A stretch of DNA of 64,000 bases from Amoebophrya sp. A120 (lineage: Eukaryota; Protista; Dinoflagellata). The translations under genes were made by a program, and so were the position numbers. Below the pieces are notes generated by a model. That model saw nothing but the letters and a program-made list of their open reading frames with translations. It did no database searches and was not told the DNA's origin. The stretch's first letter is position 1. Each line of letters begins with the position of its first letter. The DNA is taken from contig CAJINV010000009.1 of NCBI GenBank assembly GCA_905178155.1, forward strand, positions 3,658,529-3,722,528. Reading direction: 5' to 3'. Shown one piece after another: positions 26,501 to 39,216 of the stretch.

Positions 26501-28217
26501 CAAGGGCAAGGCATAGCCTGCACGCCCCGCGTCCTTTTGCTCGACAGTTTCCTTTTTGTTTTCCTCGCTTCTCTATCTTCCCGCCCTCTTCCGTTTCCGT
26601 CCGACACTCCTTCTCGCCCCGCGCCCTTAGGCAGTTCGAAGGAACCCCCGGAAAGAAAAGAACTTCTCTCCTCTTGTCAGTTCGACCCCCTAGAAAAAAA
26701 GAAGTTCGCTCTTCTTTTCAGTTCGATCCCCTAGAGAGGAAAGAGGTTCCTCCTTGCATGTAGTTCGTTTTCGCATACTAAGTTTTCAGATTGTAGTAGC
26801 TCGTTGATTCGTTCCTGTTGTAAAACTTCAACTTGAAAACTGAAACCGCTACAGGTTTGGGAAGCGGTCGCGTACGTGACGCACTTTCGTCCGATCGTCA
26901 ACGTGGCCTACAATTGGCCGAAGATGGGAGGTATGCATCACAAATATGTCCGGGTCGGGACGAAGGGCGCAACTTGCTATGCGCATTTCAGACAACACAA
27001 AAAGCTGTCGTGCATGAACAGCAAATGCGGCTCAACACTTGCCACCAGAAGTAAAAGAAGGATGAAGTTGTCAACATTCGGTCTAGGCATAGAGACGACA
27101 TCACCTTCTCAAGATGTGTCATGCTGGGGCTTGTTTCATGCGAGATCTTCTGGGTCAGGGTCACGCATAAAACCTGCATGGCTCGATGCTATTAGGCGTT
27201 TCATTGTTCATAAAACCTGCATGACAAATTTCTGCCTTCTTCCAGACGACCCAGACATATTTGCCATGCATAGGGCAACTGATCAAGTACGGTGCGGCGC
27301 TCGAGGCTTTGAGGGGAAAAAAAGATGGAGAAGAAGCAGGTGCGGGAGCTGGAGAAACACCTTCAGCAGTTGGTCAAATTCGCAACGACGAGCATGCAGC
27401 AGTCGGCGGCGATGCTGCTGCATTTGCACCTGCAAACATCGATCCGCGCCACATCTGGAAGTTGCAGGTCAAGAACTGCAAGGACGAGACCGGCCGCCCC
27501 ATTGAAGTTGAGGAACCTGCCGGCGCCGCTTCCTCGGAGGAACAAGCGGCGCAGTCGCAGCAAGCAGGAGACCAAGGGAGAGCGACGCCCGAGTCGCGGG
27601 AACACAACCTGTACGGCGCGTTGCGGGCTATCCTGGAAGAAGAGGTGAAAATTTGGAAAAAGGTCGTCCAGGAGGAAGGTTTGACTGTTGAGGAGTTCGA
27701 CGTTGGTTCGTTTTCACGGCGTGGTGTTACTTGGAATGCACAAGATGCAGGGAACGGGCAATGGCTCGAACGAGAAATCAAAACCGGCGTTGACAAAGGC
27801 GTCATTTCCGCGACGGCTGCGAAGAAACTGCGGAAGGGCATCTTCGAGCGGGAACAAACGGAAGGGACACAGCACACACCGCCGCCAGTACAAGCGGCAC
27901 CTGCTGCTGCTGCTGCTTCTGCTGCTCGTGCCCCTACAGCTCCTGCTGAGCTGCTGCAGGCGGCGTCTAGTGCTGACTCCTTTCTCGAGCTCGACGCGGG
28001 CGGGGATCATCTTCTTGACCTGGAGCGGCCCCCTACTGCCCATGGGCGGATCCTCGGCGCGAACGCTGGGAAGAAGTCCACTGGAGAAGATGCAGCCGGC
28101 GCAGCACACGACGAGCACGACCAACCAGATCCACTGGTGGGACAAGAAGATAAAGAAGGTTTTACTTCTTCTGGAGAAAAAAAGTTCCTGGCGCCACTTA
28201 ATACACACGACAAATGA
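23530..28217 (+). CDS. Dual-specificity phosphatase, PTPMT1-like (paralog 1)
   Basis: LVLGVMP, IRAVVSIND, WTDHVP, catalytic TYVHCKAGMARSA (CX5R), EAVAYVTHFRP; 4 TIR-introns and 1 GT-AG introner. Confidence 0.8.
23769..24200. mobile_element. TIR-intron family B-like
   Basis: DR GAAAA/GAAGA. Confidence 0.7.
24463..24798. mobile_element. TIR-intron family B (TAC start)
   Basis: DR GGACG. Confidence 0.85.
25148..25434. mobile_element. TIR-intron family E
   Basis: DR TCAGA. Confidence 0.9.
25989..26854 (+). mobile_element. GT-AG intron formed by a GC-rich TIR insertion with CAGGTTTG duplication (canonical-type introner)
   Basis: ctgCAG|GTTTGaa...ctaCAG|GTTTGgg; imperfect TIR tataggtctcagctttcgag / cttgaaaactgaaaccgcta; removal joins PLQ-VWEAVAYV. 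Confidence 0.75.
26932..27272. mobile_element. TIR-intron family B-like
   Basis: flanks GGAGG/GGGCA. Confidence 0.8.
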
Positions 28218-30372
28218 ACAACATTCATTTAATTTTAAGTACTTTTACTTATCATGCGACGTAGAAGCTCCAGTTCGTCACGAACACGAACACTCAGGGG
28301 GTTGCAAAGATATCTGTCATGATGCACACAATGTCATGGGCAAAATAAATTGTCACTACAGTCAAATATCATGGTTGTTCATCCCTAGTAGTCTTTTGCG
28401 AAAATACTTTAATACAAGAAAGGCTGCCGCGATGTGAAAAAAACTTTTCATGCCTCCAAACCTGCAGCCTAGCGAGGGTACGAAAAGTACGACATGATAT
28501 TGAGGTAGAATGGTCGTGCCAAAGCCAAAGATAATTATTACCTTTCTACTGTAGGTACATGTACGTCCAAGACGCAAAGCCACGCAAGAAGCCGCTTTCA
28601 ATCATTCTTTTTCTTCAAGTCTGAATCACAATCACTATCTATAGTTTTGTTCAGTTCTCTTATCTTTTCCTGATCTTCTTGCACTAAGTGAACTCATTTT
28701 TTTGTCGATTAACGGTGAGGTCGACTGCTCGGCGGAGCCTGTAGCTATAGTTTCTGTTTCATCATCTTGTCAAGCCGAAGCCATATTTTGTTTCTACAAC
28801 TTTCTTGCTCGTCTAGGTCTTTCTCATATATACGAATCGTTTATATTCATTTTTTAAATTACTTTCGAAGCTTGTTTGCCATTCTAGCAGTCGTGCTTTT
28901 CCAAAATCCATCGGGATGTTTTCTGAACAATTGTAATTCTTGAAGTCGCAGATTCATATGCATATCCTTGAAACCCGAGGTGTGCTGCTGTTGTATCAAC
29001 ACGCTTCAAAACAAAGACATTGCTCACTTTTTTTCATTCCAACAATAGCAGTCGAAGTCTGTCCCGTGGCTGATTTAACCCGATGAGTATCCTTGTGCTT
29101 GTTGGTCATCCCCAAGATGAACAGTATGCGGTCGATAAGCCCCCCAAAAGTTTTTTCGAGTAATTCTAATTTTTTCAAAATGTGACTGTTCCTGTTGCGC
29201 ATAGAATTTTTCGTGTTCACCGCCCGCTCGCTGGTCCATTTTGATTTTCGACCGCGACTCGCATTCCTCAACTTGTTTGTTGAAGATAGATGATGTGCCA
29301 AACGCACAAATTAAAATTATCGGTTATAGTCTACTCCCAACTCTAGCACGCTTGTGGTCCTTGATGTGATGCTATATGAACATGATCTGGATCCTCGGTC
29401 TTCAATATTGAGATGACTAAGCCAATGTCAGATGAATCGGACGAAGATGTCGACCACCTCATTTGTCTACTTCATATCGATGATAGATCCTGAACCATTC
29501 AAGATCTACTTAGATCTTCTAAGCTGAAGTGTAGTCTATGCTGGTCCTGCTCCTGGTCGGCAGCGGGTTCTAGCAACGAACCCGCCAAAAAGCTGGTGCA
29601 TAATTTTGCTTTGATTGTCAAAGTCCAAAGTCGGATTGTCTTACTTCCAGGAGGCCCTCTTGTCAGTTTCGCTTTCGGTGGATATAGTCAGTGGTGTAAA
29701 ATTCTAATATTCTCGGTCCTGAACAACTACACTACAAGTGAAAGACGCGAGAACTGTGCTGTCGGTTTGCTCCTTATCATCTGGTGGTATTTGCAGTTGA
29801 GAAGTGTAGAGTTGGCACCACCTGGTGTTGGGTTGTACAAAGAATAGAACCTCCTCTCCAGCAGCATTTCGAATTGGTTCATTTTCAATTACGAAATGTT
29901 TAACCGCGACAGGAGGAAATCTACTCGCAGCCTTCAACATATGAAGTAGCCGCACGGCTTCTGATTAAAAAACTCTCGCCAAAATATTTTTTCTTTCCTA
30001 TTGATTTTGATAGATTTTCCTACAACATTCAGCGACTGAGCAGCAGTCTGTCTTTCGACGTAATAGAAAATAAAATTGCTTTCGATTTATTACATTCAGT
30101 TCAAGGCCTTCGTACTATCGCAATCCCGGAGGTCTCTCCTCAGGTTTTATGTCACTAATAGTGTAGAAGTAGACCAGCACTAGTAGTACAGCTGCAAAAA
30201 CACGACGCCTGAAGTAGACGGGGGAGAGAACCAGCACCAGAAATAAACGCAGCTTCACAGCACAAGCAGCAGCAGCACGAGCTGCACCAGCAGGGAAAAC
30301 CTACATCAAAAAGGAATCAACCTAGGTGTCTCCTGCACCACGATCATAGATAGGACGGTGCTAAAATCGAAG

Positions 30373-33300
30373 ATGAAGTTGCTCCATCATCATCTTCGTG
30401 CAGCTTATTTGCTCGCTGCCGCCTCGTGGTGCACGACCTTGTGGAGCTCTTCTTTCATCTACGACATTGCTGATGAAGATCATCTCCCGCTCGCCTCTTT
30501 TTTGACATCGACTTGTTTCCTCCTCGTCCCGTCCGTATCCGCAACAGGGATGGCACGACACACGAAATTATGCCTTGGACGGTCGTTAGCGTACAGAAGG
30601 GTGAATTTGCAGTGAATTTGTATTGCATGATTTGCATTTACTTAAAAGAGAAATTCGCTACGTATGGACACGAGCCCAAGCATCCCACATAGCCTGGAGG
30701 GCTGCTCGTCGCGTGGTGGCGCTTGCAGCACCAAAAGAGGTGGTCTTGCGGGGGCTCGCCGGGCTGTGTAGTGCGTATTTAGCGACCAGAGGAGATGGGT
30801 CGGGGGGCTCTTATTCTTCTGCGCGTCTGCCTCAGAAGTTCCTCTCCGGAATTGTCGAAAGGCAAAGGGAGGGCGACGCCTGAACACAGGGGCACCCACT
30901 AGCTCAACACGTACGCTCTCACGACTTTTGGCTGTGGCGTGGAGTTGGACATCTCGGAGTAGCCTCGGGTGGAAGGCACGACTCGGCCGTCTGGGAGGAA
31001 GTTGGACATCTGGGAGGTGCTCCAAAAAGCGCGCGGGTAGGCCCTGGGAAGTGGGGCCGAGGGGAAAAGACAAGCACCCTCTGTTGCCCTCGGCCCGTCT
31101 ATATTCTGCCGAAAAGGCCTGGAGGGTTCACGCGCGCGCCTGCCGGATAGACGCGTCAAAGCCCTCGGCCTGGTCCTTTCGCCCTTGCTTTCGCGCCTTC
31201 GTCTTTGCCGCGGCTGTTGCAGTGCTTGCTCTTCTGCAAGCACAGGGAGACGAAAAGATATGGCCAAAGAACGACGCCCAGGCCATGTCCAGCTGTCCGC
31301 CGCATACCCTGCGAGTTCTGCGGTGTACAGACCGCTCTTCCCAGAAGGGCAAGAGGGACAATGTCCCGGCAGTCTCCTCTGCTATTTGTCATGCAAAATT
31401 CACTAGAGATTCACGTCACCGCGTCTCATGCTAACGCGTGTTAAAGCTCTAACATCTTTCCTCCTCGTCCCGTCCGTATCCGCAACAGGGATGGCACGAC
31501 ACACGAAAAATAAGAATGAACGAGCTATGAAAGCCTCAGGTTGGAAATCCTCAAAGTGAAAATTTGTAATGCAGAAAAACGACTCCAGTTGAAGCACCAT
31601 TTCTAGTCGGCGCATGACAAGTTTCCCGGGGACTCAAAACGTGTCTGTCATGCTAGTTAGGCAAAGGGGTGCCCTTCTGTCGTGCTAATCAGCAGCCCAA
31701 TTCTGAACCCGTAGAAGCACAATAGTCGGCCTCCATTGCGTCCTCTGCAATACAGGGCTTTTTCCGTCGCATTTCATGCATCACAAATTATTTCCACTTT
31801 GAGGATTTCCATTCTGAGGCGTTCATACGAGCACGAGGAGGGGAGGATGAGGATCAAGATCGCGATGACCTCACGGCCGCGGCCAGGACGACCCACGAGG
31901 ACCCGTCGCTGTGGTCCCCGCCCGGCGGAAAGGATGTTCACGAAGATATCCAAGAAAAAAACAACATCACAATCACAGTTGGGAAGTTTTGCATCAGAAA
32001 TTCGGGTCGCATAACATTTTTTTCTTGTATTGCAAAAACACAAAGGAAAATTGCCCATAACTCTTGACTGTGATGCAGTTTTGCGCATGACAAAAATTTT
32101 TGTATTGCAAAACTGTGCAAAAGTGATTGTGATGGTGTTTTTTTCTTGGATAGAAGACCTCGAGGTTGTAAAAGTCCCCGCGGCCACGTTTATTTCAAAA
32201 AGAACTCAGAAGAAGCATCAAAAAGAAACCTGGTTTCAGAAACTCCAGAAGACCTTCACGGCGACGGTCATTACCATGCGCGACAAGTGCGGAGAGAACA
32301 GCATTTCTGGTCCGCCGTACGACGAAATCGAGTTGTTACCGCCGGCTCCACGACCTGGTAAAGACGTTCTTGCGAGGACCGCGCCTAGCGAGCGGATAAA
32401 TTTTCTCCAGGATCGTGAAGAAATTTTCTCTCTTTTCTTCCCTGCCGACCCTGTGCCTGTAAAAAACCAGCCGCATGTATGGAAGCGTCAGGACTGAAAT
32501 CGTCAAAGTTAACCAATAATTTCCCATGCATAAATTGCAAGGCATGAAGTGCCTCTCTTGCAGAGATTGCAAGCGAGCCCCACTGTCAGCCTGTTTCGGG
32601 TCTCCTCTGATATAGCTGCTAAAGTAGCATGACAAAAAACTACGCCCCCTGTCCCTCAACAGCATGACAAACTGGACGCAGACGGTGCCGAAATTTGTCA
32701 TGCACCGCTTGGGAATTGGGCTTCCAACTGATGTCGATTTTATGCATGACAAACTATTTCAACTTTGACGATTTCAATCCTGACACTCCCATAGCATGCG
32801 AAACTGTTCCTGGGCGTCATGCCGATGATTTGGGGTGATCACCTCACCGAGCGTGAAGGTCAGTCGTTTTTTTCGGAGGTCTATCCAAGGAAAATAAAAG
32901 TGATACAGTTCTTACACATTGACATTTGATTGTAGTGAAAAGAATTCAGCATGACAAACTTTCCTTGCATGTCAGAGAAAACTTGAAATGCAGAGATGAA
33001 GATCATAAGGCAAAACACAAACAACAAAGGAGGCTTGCAAGCATTTTTTGCATGATAAAGGTTGTCTGTGATGCTTGTCCCGCAACACAATGTAACACTT
33101 TTATTTTCTCGCGATAAGGTCGGTATGTGGGACAGCTTCCTGAGCAAGGACGGCGATGGTGAGAGGAAGAACCGGCTTTGCTATCCTGTGCAAAAGTATC
33201 GTACTCGTATTGCAATCATGCATTACACGTCTTTTCCTTAAGGTAAATTCGCAGTACAAGTTTCATTTCTCATGCTGAGGAAATTTGTAATGCATTTATA

Positions 33301-36300
33301 CGAGTACTATACTATTTACACTTTATATTTGCAGACCCTTTTTCGAATACAATCTGCTGATTCGGGAAAATATCGGAATGTTTGTCAGCTTCAATAACAT
33401 GCAAACCGAGACCGCTTATCTGCCGTGGGGCAAGTATCACCAGGACTTTTACGGAGAATTTTCGACAAGAACCCCAACAACTACTACATCTTCTAGTGCT
33501 AGTAACAAACAGCAGGACCTCGACCTCCAGCACAGTGAGCACTTGCTCTGCACGCCGGAAACGAAGTTGCAACCTCGGGACATTACATACGGCATGCATG
33601 CTATCAAACAAAAAAAGTTCGTCACGATCACTCATGCGCATTTTTGCAATACAAAACTGTTTGTCATGCGTAAAAATGCATCACAGCCAAACTTTATTAG
33701 GGATTTCCCTAGTGTTTCTGCAATACAAGGAAAGTTTGTGATGCTAAGAAAATTTGTAATGCAAACCCTGCAAATTAGTGACTGTGATAAACTTTTTTCT
33801 CTCCATACATGCGGCACCGGAGGCGTTTTTCTACGGGCCCCGCCAGCGCCATTTTAAGCAGCACCAGTTTTGCCAATACGACCACTATATCCTGTGCAAA
33901 ATAAATGTCTTGGTCTGGAGGAATTCATGTTTGTCATGCTTGTCTGGCATGATGACTCTTAAATCTGTCATGCACGTTACCCAAGAGCTCCGCTTTTCTG
34001 TGATGCAGAAGCGCAGTTTGTCATGCAGAATAGGCAACACCTAGGAGCTCAGAAACTTGTCACGCAGCTGAGCCAGCATCTGTAGCCTCATCATGAGACG
34101 CCATCCAGCATCACAAGTTTCCAGACCCAGACACTTTTACATTTGATACACTACCCGCTCACCCTGGACCAACTGCACCGGGCGGCAGATTCTATCTTCC
34201 AGGCCCTGAATGACAATCGCAATACCTACGTCCACTGCAAAGCTGGAATGACGAGGAGTGGCATGGGGGTGATTGCTTTTTTGCTCAAGCACGCAACCTG
34301 TGCTTTGGGCGGAGTGAATTCCAGAAGCCCCACATTGGCGGAAGCAGTGGCTTACGTGACTACGATGCGACCTGTGTCCAATGTCGCCGGGAAGGAGGAG
34401 CAGCTGCGTATCAAAAGGAAACATCCCCCCTCCCCATATCAAAGCGGTATAATTCCGAAAAATTGATGCGTTGCTGATTTGAGACCACAAATCACGTTTG
34501 TCTTGCAAGATGACAAGCGCAGAGGCTTCCGCGCCATTATCGAAGCGATTTGGCATGCTGTTGGGCCGCCTAGGGGGCGCCCGTAGTTTGTAGTAATGCT
34601 AAACAACTAGACCCAGACGCCCCTACCTAGGCTGAGGATCTGGCTGCGAAGATGCCCTACTGCTGCAAGACAGCGCGCATGTGTGTGCGGGGGAAATCTT
34701 GCGCCACAGATTTCCGTCTTAATGTGGGGAGGGGGATTTTTCATTTTGATACTGCGTCGACTTGTGGAGTTCGAAAAGGACGTCGCGTCTGCTTATCAAA
34801 TGTAAAAATGTCTGGGTCTGGAAACTTGTGATGCTGAGTGGCGTAGCATGAGGAGGCCACAAGTGCTGGCTCAGCATGACAAATTTCTGAGCTTGTAGGT
34901 GTTGCCTATTCTGCATGACAAACTGCGTCTCCGCATGACAGAGAAAAACGTCTCCTGGGCAATGTGCATGACAGATTTAAGAGTCATGCCAGACAAGCAT
35001 GACAAACATGCATTCTTGCAGATGACTCAGACACTTTTACATTTGATACTGCTAAAAATAGTGCAGCTTCAGAACAAGAAGATGGTCACAAGTGGAGAAT
35101 GGCGATCTCTTGCGACGTATCCTGTGCAAAAGTATCGTACTCGTCGTAGTAATCGCAGTCATGATGCATAATTGCAAATTTGTTTGTCAAGTTAAATCCG
35201 CATCTCATGCTGGGGAAATTATTTGTCATGCGATTTATACTACAACGATGCCTTTGTATTTCATACGACGGTCACTTTCGTTTTCTAGAAGTCAAGGGAG
35301 TAGATGTATTGTTCTATTCCAAGAAGAACTACGCCTACTATGGAAGTGTCAGAATCGAAATTGACAAAGTCGAAAAATTTGTGATGCGTAAAATCTACAC
35401 CAGCTGAAGCCAGAGCCTCAGTTTGTAAGTAGCGCATGACAATGAATTTCAGGAGCCCTCAAAGCCGGTACGTCATGCTGTTTGGGCAAAGAAGACTGCT
35501 CCTGTCATGCTACTCTGGCAGCACATTGCATAACCCTAAACAGGCTTGCTGCAATCGGTCCCATTTGCCTGCCCCCGAATTATGCAGGCCTCCAGTGCAG
35601 CCCTGCATTTTATACATCACAGATTTACTTTCGATTTTGTCGATTTGGATCCTGACACATCCATACCTGCAAGTTCTATGATTATCAAAATGATCATGGC
35701 GTTGACAAAAGATTTGTTGATATGCAAGAAAAAAACTGTGTAAGTGTATAGTTTCCGGGAGGAATAGCATCACAAGTTTGCTCTGCATGACACAGAAAAC
35801 TTGTCATGCGTAGATAGTACTTGAAAACAAAACACGTACAAAAATAGCCCCTGATGCATGTCCAGCATGACAAGTGCAACAGTTTTGCATTTTCTGCAAC
35901 ACAAAGTTACACTTTTTACACAGTTTTTTTCTTGGATAGTTGAGCGGGGGAAGATGAAGCTGTATCGGCTTATCCTTCGCTTGCTTACGAAGCCTCCGAT
36001 GACGGGATGGAGGTTATCCAATGCAAAAGTATCGCACTCGTCGTATCTATAAATGCAATACAAATTTCCTCAGCATGAGAAATAAAATTTGTAATGCGGA
36101 TTTAACTTAAGAACAAGATTTGTAATGCATGACTGCAATACGAGCGCGATACTTTTGCGCAGGATAGAGCTCGTCCGACGTTGATCCGAGTGCTTTCCCG
36201 GACGCGGATGAGGAACGCAATTTGAAAATATCAAATGTAAAAGTGTCTGGGTCTGGAAGAATGCAACTTGTGACGCTGTCTTTGGAAGGTAAAAAAGGCT

Positions 36301-39216
36301 CTATTGCATGACCAGAAAGAGGAGATCAGTTTGTGCTACGCGGAGTGGGTGTTTCTCATGCGAAATACGCAGCAGAAGACCCTTTAAGAATCTGTGATCC
36401 TCGGCCATGCATTACAGGCATCATGGGTTATCCAAAATATGCATGACAAACCTGGGAATCTCCCTGACCCAGACACTTTTGCACTTGATAGAAAAAGCGG
36501 ATCGACAAGGCCGTGGCCAACGACCCTCGGAAGCTGCCGTGGCGTATGGAAGTGTCAGAATCGAAATTGACAAAATCGAAAAATTTGCGATGCGAAAAAT
36601 CGTTGCCAGGTAGACCCACAGTTTGTAGTCGGCGCATGACAAATTTTCCCCGTCCTGGAAGCGAATCTGTCATGCGGTTTAGAGCAAAAGTGCTGTCTTC
36701 TGTCATGCTAATCAGCAGCCCAATACTTGACCCTTGCCAGGACTACAATCCGCCTTCCTTGCATCCTCTGCAAGAGAGCCGCTTTTTGTGTAGCATTTTA
36801 TGCATTACAAACTTTTTCGACTTTGTCGATTTCGATCCTGACACTTCCATATGGCGGCTGGCCTCCGTACTGCGCGGCACGCTCCGGAAAAATATCGCCG
36901 TGGCGAAGAAAACTGGCAACTTTTTCACCCGGCGCTTTGAAAAGAAGCACGACAGCTCCGCCGCCGCCCCACAGCAGGAGGAGAAGATCGATTGGAAGCT
37001 GGGCGTGTTTGCCCGAGTGATGGTCGAAGAGAAGCAGAAGCAGGCTACTTCTCTTATCACAAGAAAAAGTGTTAACGTTAACGGATTTTGTGATGCAGAA
37101 ATGCATCACAAGACGTGTCAGAATTTGTCATGCATAGCATGCATATTGGGCTACATTTGTGATGCATGACTGCAATCTGTGAAAACCGTTAACGTTAACA
37201 CTTTTTCCTGTGATATCTCTTGCAAGTACTTCAACTTCTGCTGGAGGGGGTGTCAAAAGTGAAGTAGAAGACGCTCTTGTTGCAAACGACTCCACGACCT
37301 TAGATGACCGGTCGACGACAGTGGGCAGCGAGGACGACGGTCGCAGTACAACTAGTAGCACTGGTCGTGGTGCCGGTCCAGACGAGGCGGAGCAATATCC
37401 TGTGCAAAAGTATCGTACTCGTACTAATCGAATTCATGCAATACAAATTTCTTTCTCACGTCAAATCCGCATTACAAATTTTCTTTCTCATGCTGACGAA
37501 AGTTGTCATGCGATTTATACTAGTACGATGCTTTCGCATTTCATAAGCAAGAAGATGAAACAAGATCAGACGCGCTTGCCGCGGTCGTGGATGAAGTTGT
37601 TCACGAAGGTCAGCAGGACCACATCTATCCATAGAAAACAAAACTATGTGAGTGTAAGTCTGTGATTATGCAAAGTACGCAACAGCACATACACAGTGAC
37701 AGTTCTTAGTACACCTCCTGTTTATTCCATACGCCGGCCTCCAGCCATCAACTCCTGTTTATTTTTCCATATGTGTTTTTTTTTTGGCGTACAACGAACT
37801 AGCTGCGCATCATGACAGGTCGTTTTCTCGGTCATGCAGAGAAAATTTGTCACGCCGTTAGTACTTCTTCAAGAAGACAACAACAAACACACAGTTTTTG
37901 TCGTGGATCACATCAAAGACGACATCAGTGCAAATAAAGCTCCCGGGCCGGATCTGGAAGTCGCGGCTCGCGAGGTGGATCAAATCAAAAAAACAAATAC
38001 GAAGCATGGGGAATTATACGATCTGCTGGATGCGGCCAACACGGACTTCCCGGACGAGCATATGAAGGTCCTTGCGCACCATCAGCACGAGAACAACTTC
38101 CTTGCGCATCACGAAAACTTCCAGACGCTTCTCGACCCGCATCTCCTCCAACCTGCTGTATATCACGACAGTAGCAGCACAGCGAGTAGAGATGCGACGA
38201 ACCATGTTGAACCAACTGGGGGCACGGAACCCAAAATTTCAATTTATAATCTGCACATTCAGCTGAAGCTCCCGACGGAAGAAGTATCCTGTGCAAAAGT
38301 ATCGTACTCGTACCAATTGCATTTATGCATTACAAATCTGGTTCCTAAGGCAAATCCGCATTACAAATTCAATTTGTAATGCTGAGCAAACTTGTAATGC
38401 AATTCATACTAGTACGATACTTTTGCAGTTCATAAGAAGAAGATCCAACTGATACGAGTACTACTAGTACCAGTCACGACACGGTAGCTGCCCAGGACGA
38501 GGCGTCGCATGGTCACGAAAAATTTCTTGAGATATCCAGGAAAAAAATAAAACACCCATCCCCATCCACCAAGAATTTGTCCTGCGCCAAAACATGCATA
38601 AATTTAACTAGATATATTTTTCACGTGGTGTTTGTCATGCAAGAAACGGATGGGGATCATGGGTGTAGTTTTTTCCTGGATAGGAGATGACCGCTGCGCA
38701 GCTGTACAACCTAATTTTCGCAGTATTCTGCGCAAAAATGTTCCCACGACCCCAGAGTCAAGATGGGAAATTTTTTTTGCCCGGCCCCCAATTCTTGCAT
38801 CATTTAATTATGCTAGTCGGGGCGGTGAGAAACAGAAATCTGCTAGACAAATCAGCCAGCTTTATTGGGTGTTGCGCATGACAAGAAGCTTGCCTTCGTA
38901 GGTAGGGTCTACTTCGTGATCCCGTTAAGCTAGTTCAGCAGAGTCACAGATTTCGCATATTATGCCGATTGGAGCATGAAAAATACCAAAACAGGACTAG
39001 AAGACACTTCATCTCATTGCGCTCCGCATGAGAAACATTTTGAGCATGCAGATTCGCATGACAGCTATGGGTTCGACGTGGGGATGTTTTTACATAGGAT
39101 GCGCAGCTTTAAAGGAAGACCAGCCAGGGCTCGAAAAGAGCCTGGATGAAGTGGGTGCTGGGACGGCATCGCCTGCTCCACCGGCAGGAGCAGCAGCAGC
39201 ACAGGGGGAGCCATAA
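30373..39216 (+). CDS. Dual-specificity phosphatase, PTPMT1-like (paralog 2), about 22 TIR-introns
   Basis: KLFLGVMP, RENIGMFVSFNN, QYDHYPLT, TYVHCKAGMTRSG, AEAVAYVTTMRP..QLRRLVEF after element removal. Confidence 0.8.
30569..31456. mobile_element. GC-rich inverted-repeat insertion flanked by a 52-bp direct repeat
   Basis: 30516-30567 identical to 31457-31508; imperfect subterminal IR (cgttagc..gtgaat..agtgaattt..gcatga). Confidence 0.7.
31526..31827. mobile_element. TIR-intron (D-like)
   Basis: DR CGAGC. Confidence 0.9.
31947..32152. mobile_element. TIR-intron family H
   Basis: DR GAAGA. Confidence 0.9.
32478..32793. mobile_element. TIR-intron family D
   Basis: TATGGAAGCGTCAG..TGAAATCGTCAAAGT; DR GCATG. 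Confidence 0.9.
32882..33116. mobile_element. TIR-intron family H
   Basis: DR AGGTC. Confidence 0.85.
33182..33327. mobile_element. TIR-intron family A
   Basis: DR TTTGC. Confidence 0.85.
33602..33807. mobile_element. TIR-intron family H
   Basis: DR CATGC. Confidence 0.85.
33888..34148. mobile_element. TIR-intron family B
   Basis: DR CACTA. Confidence 0.9.
34409..34751. mobile_element. TIR-intron family C
   Basis: DR CTGCG. Confidence 0.9.
34794..35048. mobile_element. TIR-intron family B (inverted relative of 33888)
   Basis: DR CTGCT. Confidence 0.9.
35118..35265. mobile_element. TIR-intron family A
   Basis: DR CGACG. Confidence 0.85.
35339..35665. mobile_element. TIR-intron family D
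   Basis: DR CCTAC/CCTGC. Confidence 0.9.
35721..35938. mobile_element. TIR-intron family H
   Basis: DR GTTGA. Confidence 0.9.
36015..36166. mobile_element. TIR-intron family A
   Basis: DR GAGGT/GAGCT. Confidence 0.85.
36229..36490. mobile_element. TIR-intron family B
   Basis: DR GAAAA. Confidence 0.9.
36545..36851. mobile_element. TIR-intron family D
   Basis: DR TGGCG. Confidence 0.9.
37055..37215. mobile_element. TIR-intron family F (inverted relative of 5016/20513)
   Basis: DR TCTCT. Confidence 0.9.
37396..37545. mobile_element. TIR-intron family A
   Basis: DR AGCAA. Confidence 0.9.
37626..37909. mobile_element. TIR-intron H-like (ATC end)
   Basis: DR ACATC. Confidence 0.75.
38285..38434. 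mobile_element. TIR-intron family A
   Basis: DR AGAAG. Confidence 0.9.
38533..38682. mobile_element. TIR-intron family H
   Basis: DR TGAGA/GGAGA. Confidence 0.85.
38724..39101. mobile_element. TIR-intron family G (ATG end)
   Basis: DR CGCAG. Confidence 0.8.
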
